From contig NC_068999.1 of assembly GCF_001194135.2 (NCBI RefSeq), forward strand, positions 8,372,624 through 8,422,932: 50,309 nt of DNA. Direction: 5' to 3'. Positions 48,900 to 50,309 of the stretch are shown piece after piece. Each line of letters starts with the position of its first letter. Within the stretch, counting starts at the first letter, position 1. This stretch comes from Octopus bimaculoides. Taxonomy: Eukaryota. The position numbers and the translations under genes were made by a program. The notes below the pieces were generated by a model that did not search any database, was not told where the DNA came from, and was given only the letters and a program-made list of their open reading frames with translations.

Positions 48900-50119
48900 T
48901 GTTGATAGTGAATCTAATGCAAAATATATATGTAAATATATCGACTTTACCTTGTGAACAACACCGTCTATGGCCGGCGAAAGAGAAAGGAAAGCCACAA
49001 GGCGGGCATTAAATTGATTAGTGGAACTCTCCTGTTAAGAAGTTACAAATACAGCAGACGAGTACCTTGCACTTGGTTTCATATAAACAACAGCTAACCA
49101 GGGGGGGGGGGGNNNNNNNNNNNNNGGGGGGGGGTGCATTTAACACTGCGACCAGTGCACTGGGGGAGATGTATTAATATCCGAATAGCAGCCAAATATA
49201 CCTCATGTGTATTACTCAGGTGTATTACAGTTTATTGGAAAACGGTAAAAGAGGTTACAGAGAAGAGCATGGATTTTCTTATGAGGTCGTTGGTCGTCCT
49301 AGAAATGGTAGCCAAACAATCTGTCCTGTAATAATAATAATTATGATGTGTTTATTGTATGTGGTGGCCAGGTGTTGTACAGCTGGTCGGAAAAGGGTTA
49401 AAAGAGGGTCCAGAAAACGGTAATAAGTCAAGGAAAACAACAACAAAAAAAGACTATAATGAAAGCTACACGTACGGGAACGGTGTGCAGAATAAACCAC
49501 AAAATAAATAAACATACAGATCGTTTTAAAAGATGACATATTCGGTAATGCAGTCCAAGAGTACACTACCTGAAAAAAGAAATCATCGGTAAAACTAGCA
49601 ACCTGGCCAGTCCGCCACTGCATACATACATACATTATCAGACGGGTAGTCATGATGGGTATATTGGGCTTTGTATATTTTACCTCAGTGTCACTTTGAT
49701 GGCATGCACTGCTCTCTCATACATACATACATACATACATATTCATAAGTGCAGGGAAGAAATCTACTTAGGGGTTACAAGCCCATGTTCAAAATTTATA
49801 TTTGTGCATGGATCAAATCCGATAACGGAAAAGCAATGTTTCAAATCAGTCCAAAAATGTTTCTACATTCGATCCTTTTGGCGATGAAGGAGTCTTCAGG
49901 ATGATGTTCTAAGTGTTTTTATTTCCCCCCAAAATTTTTTAGGGGATGTTCTTGCACCCACTATTCCCGACCCTTTGTACATAGCGCTCTTTGTAATTCA
50001 TGCATTATTATCCCTGACATTCTATATCTCCGAAACAGAAAACGAAGTCAAATTTTGTCCAAGTAAAAAACGGTACGTTATACTCCATGACCACTCGGGA
50101 TACATCATTAATATTGTTG

Positions 50120-50309
50120 GCACTCCGTCGCTTTACGACGTCGAGGGTTCCAGTTGATCCGATCAACGGAACAGCCTGCTCGTGAAATTAACGTGCAAGT
50201 GGCTGAGCACTCCACAGACACGTGTACCCTTAATGTAATTCTTGGGGATATTCAGCGTGACACAGTGTGACAAGGCTGGCCCTTTGAATTACAGGCACAA
50301 CAGAAACAC
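50120..50309 (-). mobile_element. Family D SINE 3' part
   Basis: GATCCGATCAACGGAACAGCCTGCTCGTGAAATTAACGTGCAAGTGGCTGAGCACTCCACAGACACGTGTACCCTTAA is shared with 10600-10700. Confidence 0.82.

Noticed and set aside
48900-48998. 585-aa N-terminally extended METTL3 from the ORF track
   Set aside because: The start is GTG and homology to METTL3 begins at MSDTW (48899).

Overview
Eukaryotic, AT-rich, repeat-saturated draft-assembly sequence with many N gaps. The repeat landscape (tRNA-derived SINEs, RTE 3' ends with (GAT)n tails, dense microsatellites) suggests an Octopus-like cephalopod scaffold; this is inference, as no database search was possible. The only complete protein-coding gene is METTL3 (m6A methyltransferase catalytic subunit; minus strand, 47241-48899, 552 aa), whose CDS has no introns. 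One well-formed orphan exon (8024-8108, +) hints at a larger multi-exon gene. The rest is mobile-element debris: several SINE families, RTE LINE 3' ends carrying a variable array of small hairpins, R4/Dong-like RLE LINE fragments within (TAA)n tracts, a Penelope GIY-YIG fragment, a LINE APE fragment, and MITEs. The most unusual structure is a ~290-bp element (17804-18091) with ~87-bp inverted arms enclosing a tRNA-Thr(CGT)-like cloverleaf, flanked by a 13-bp direct repeat. Almost all ORFs in the supplied track are microsatellite or N-gap artefacts. Repeat coordinates are approximate, read by eye.
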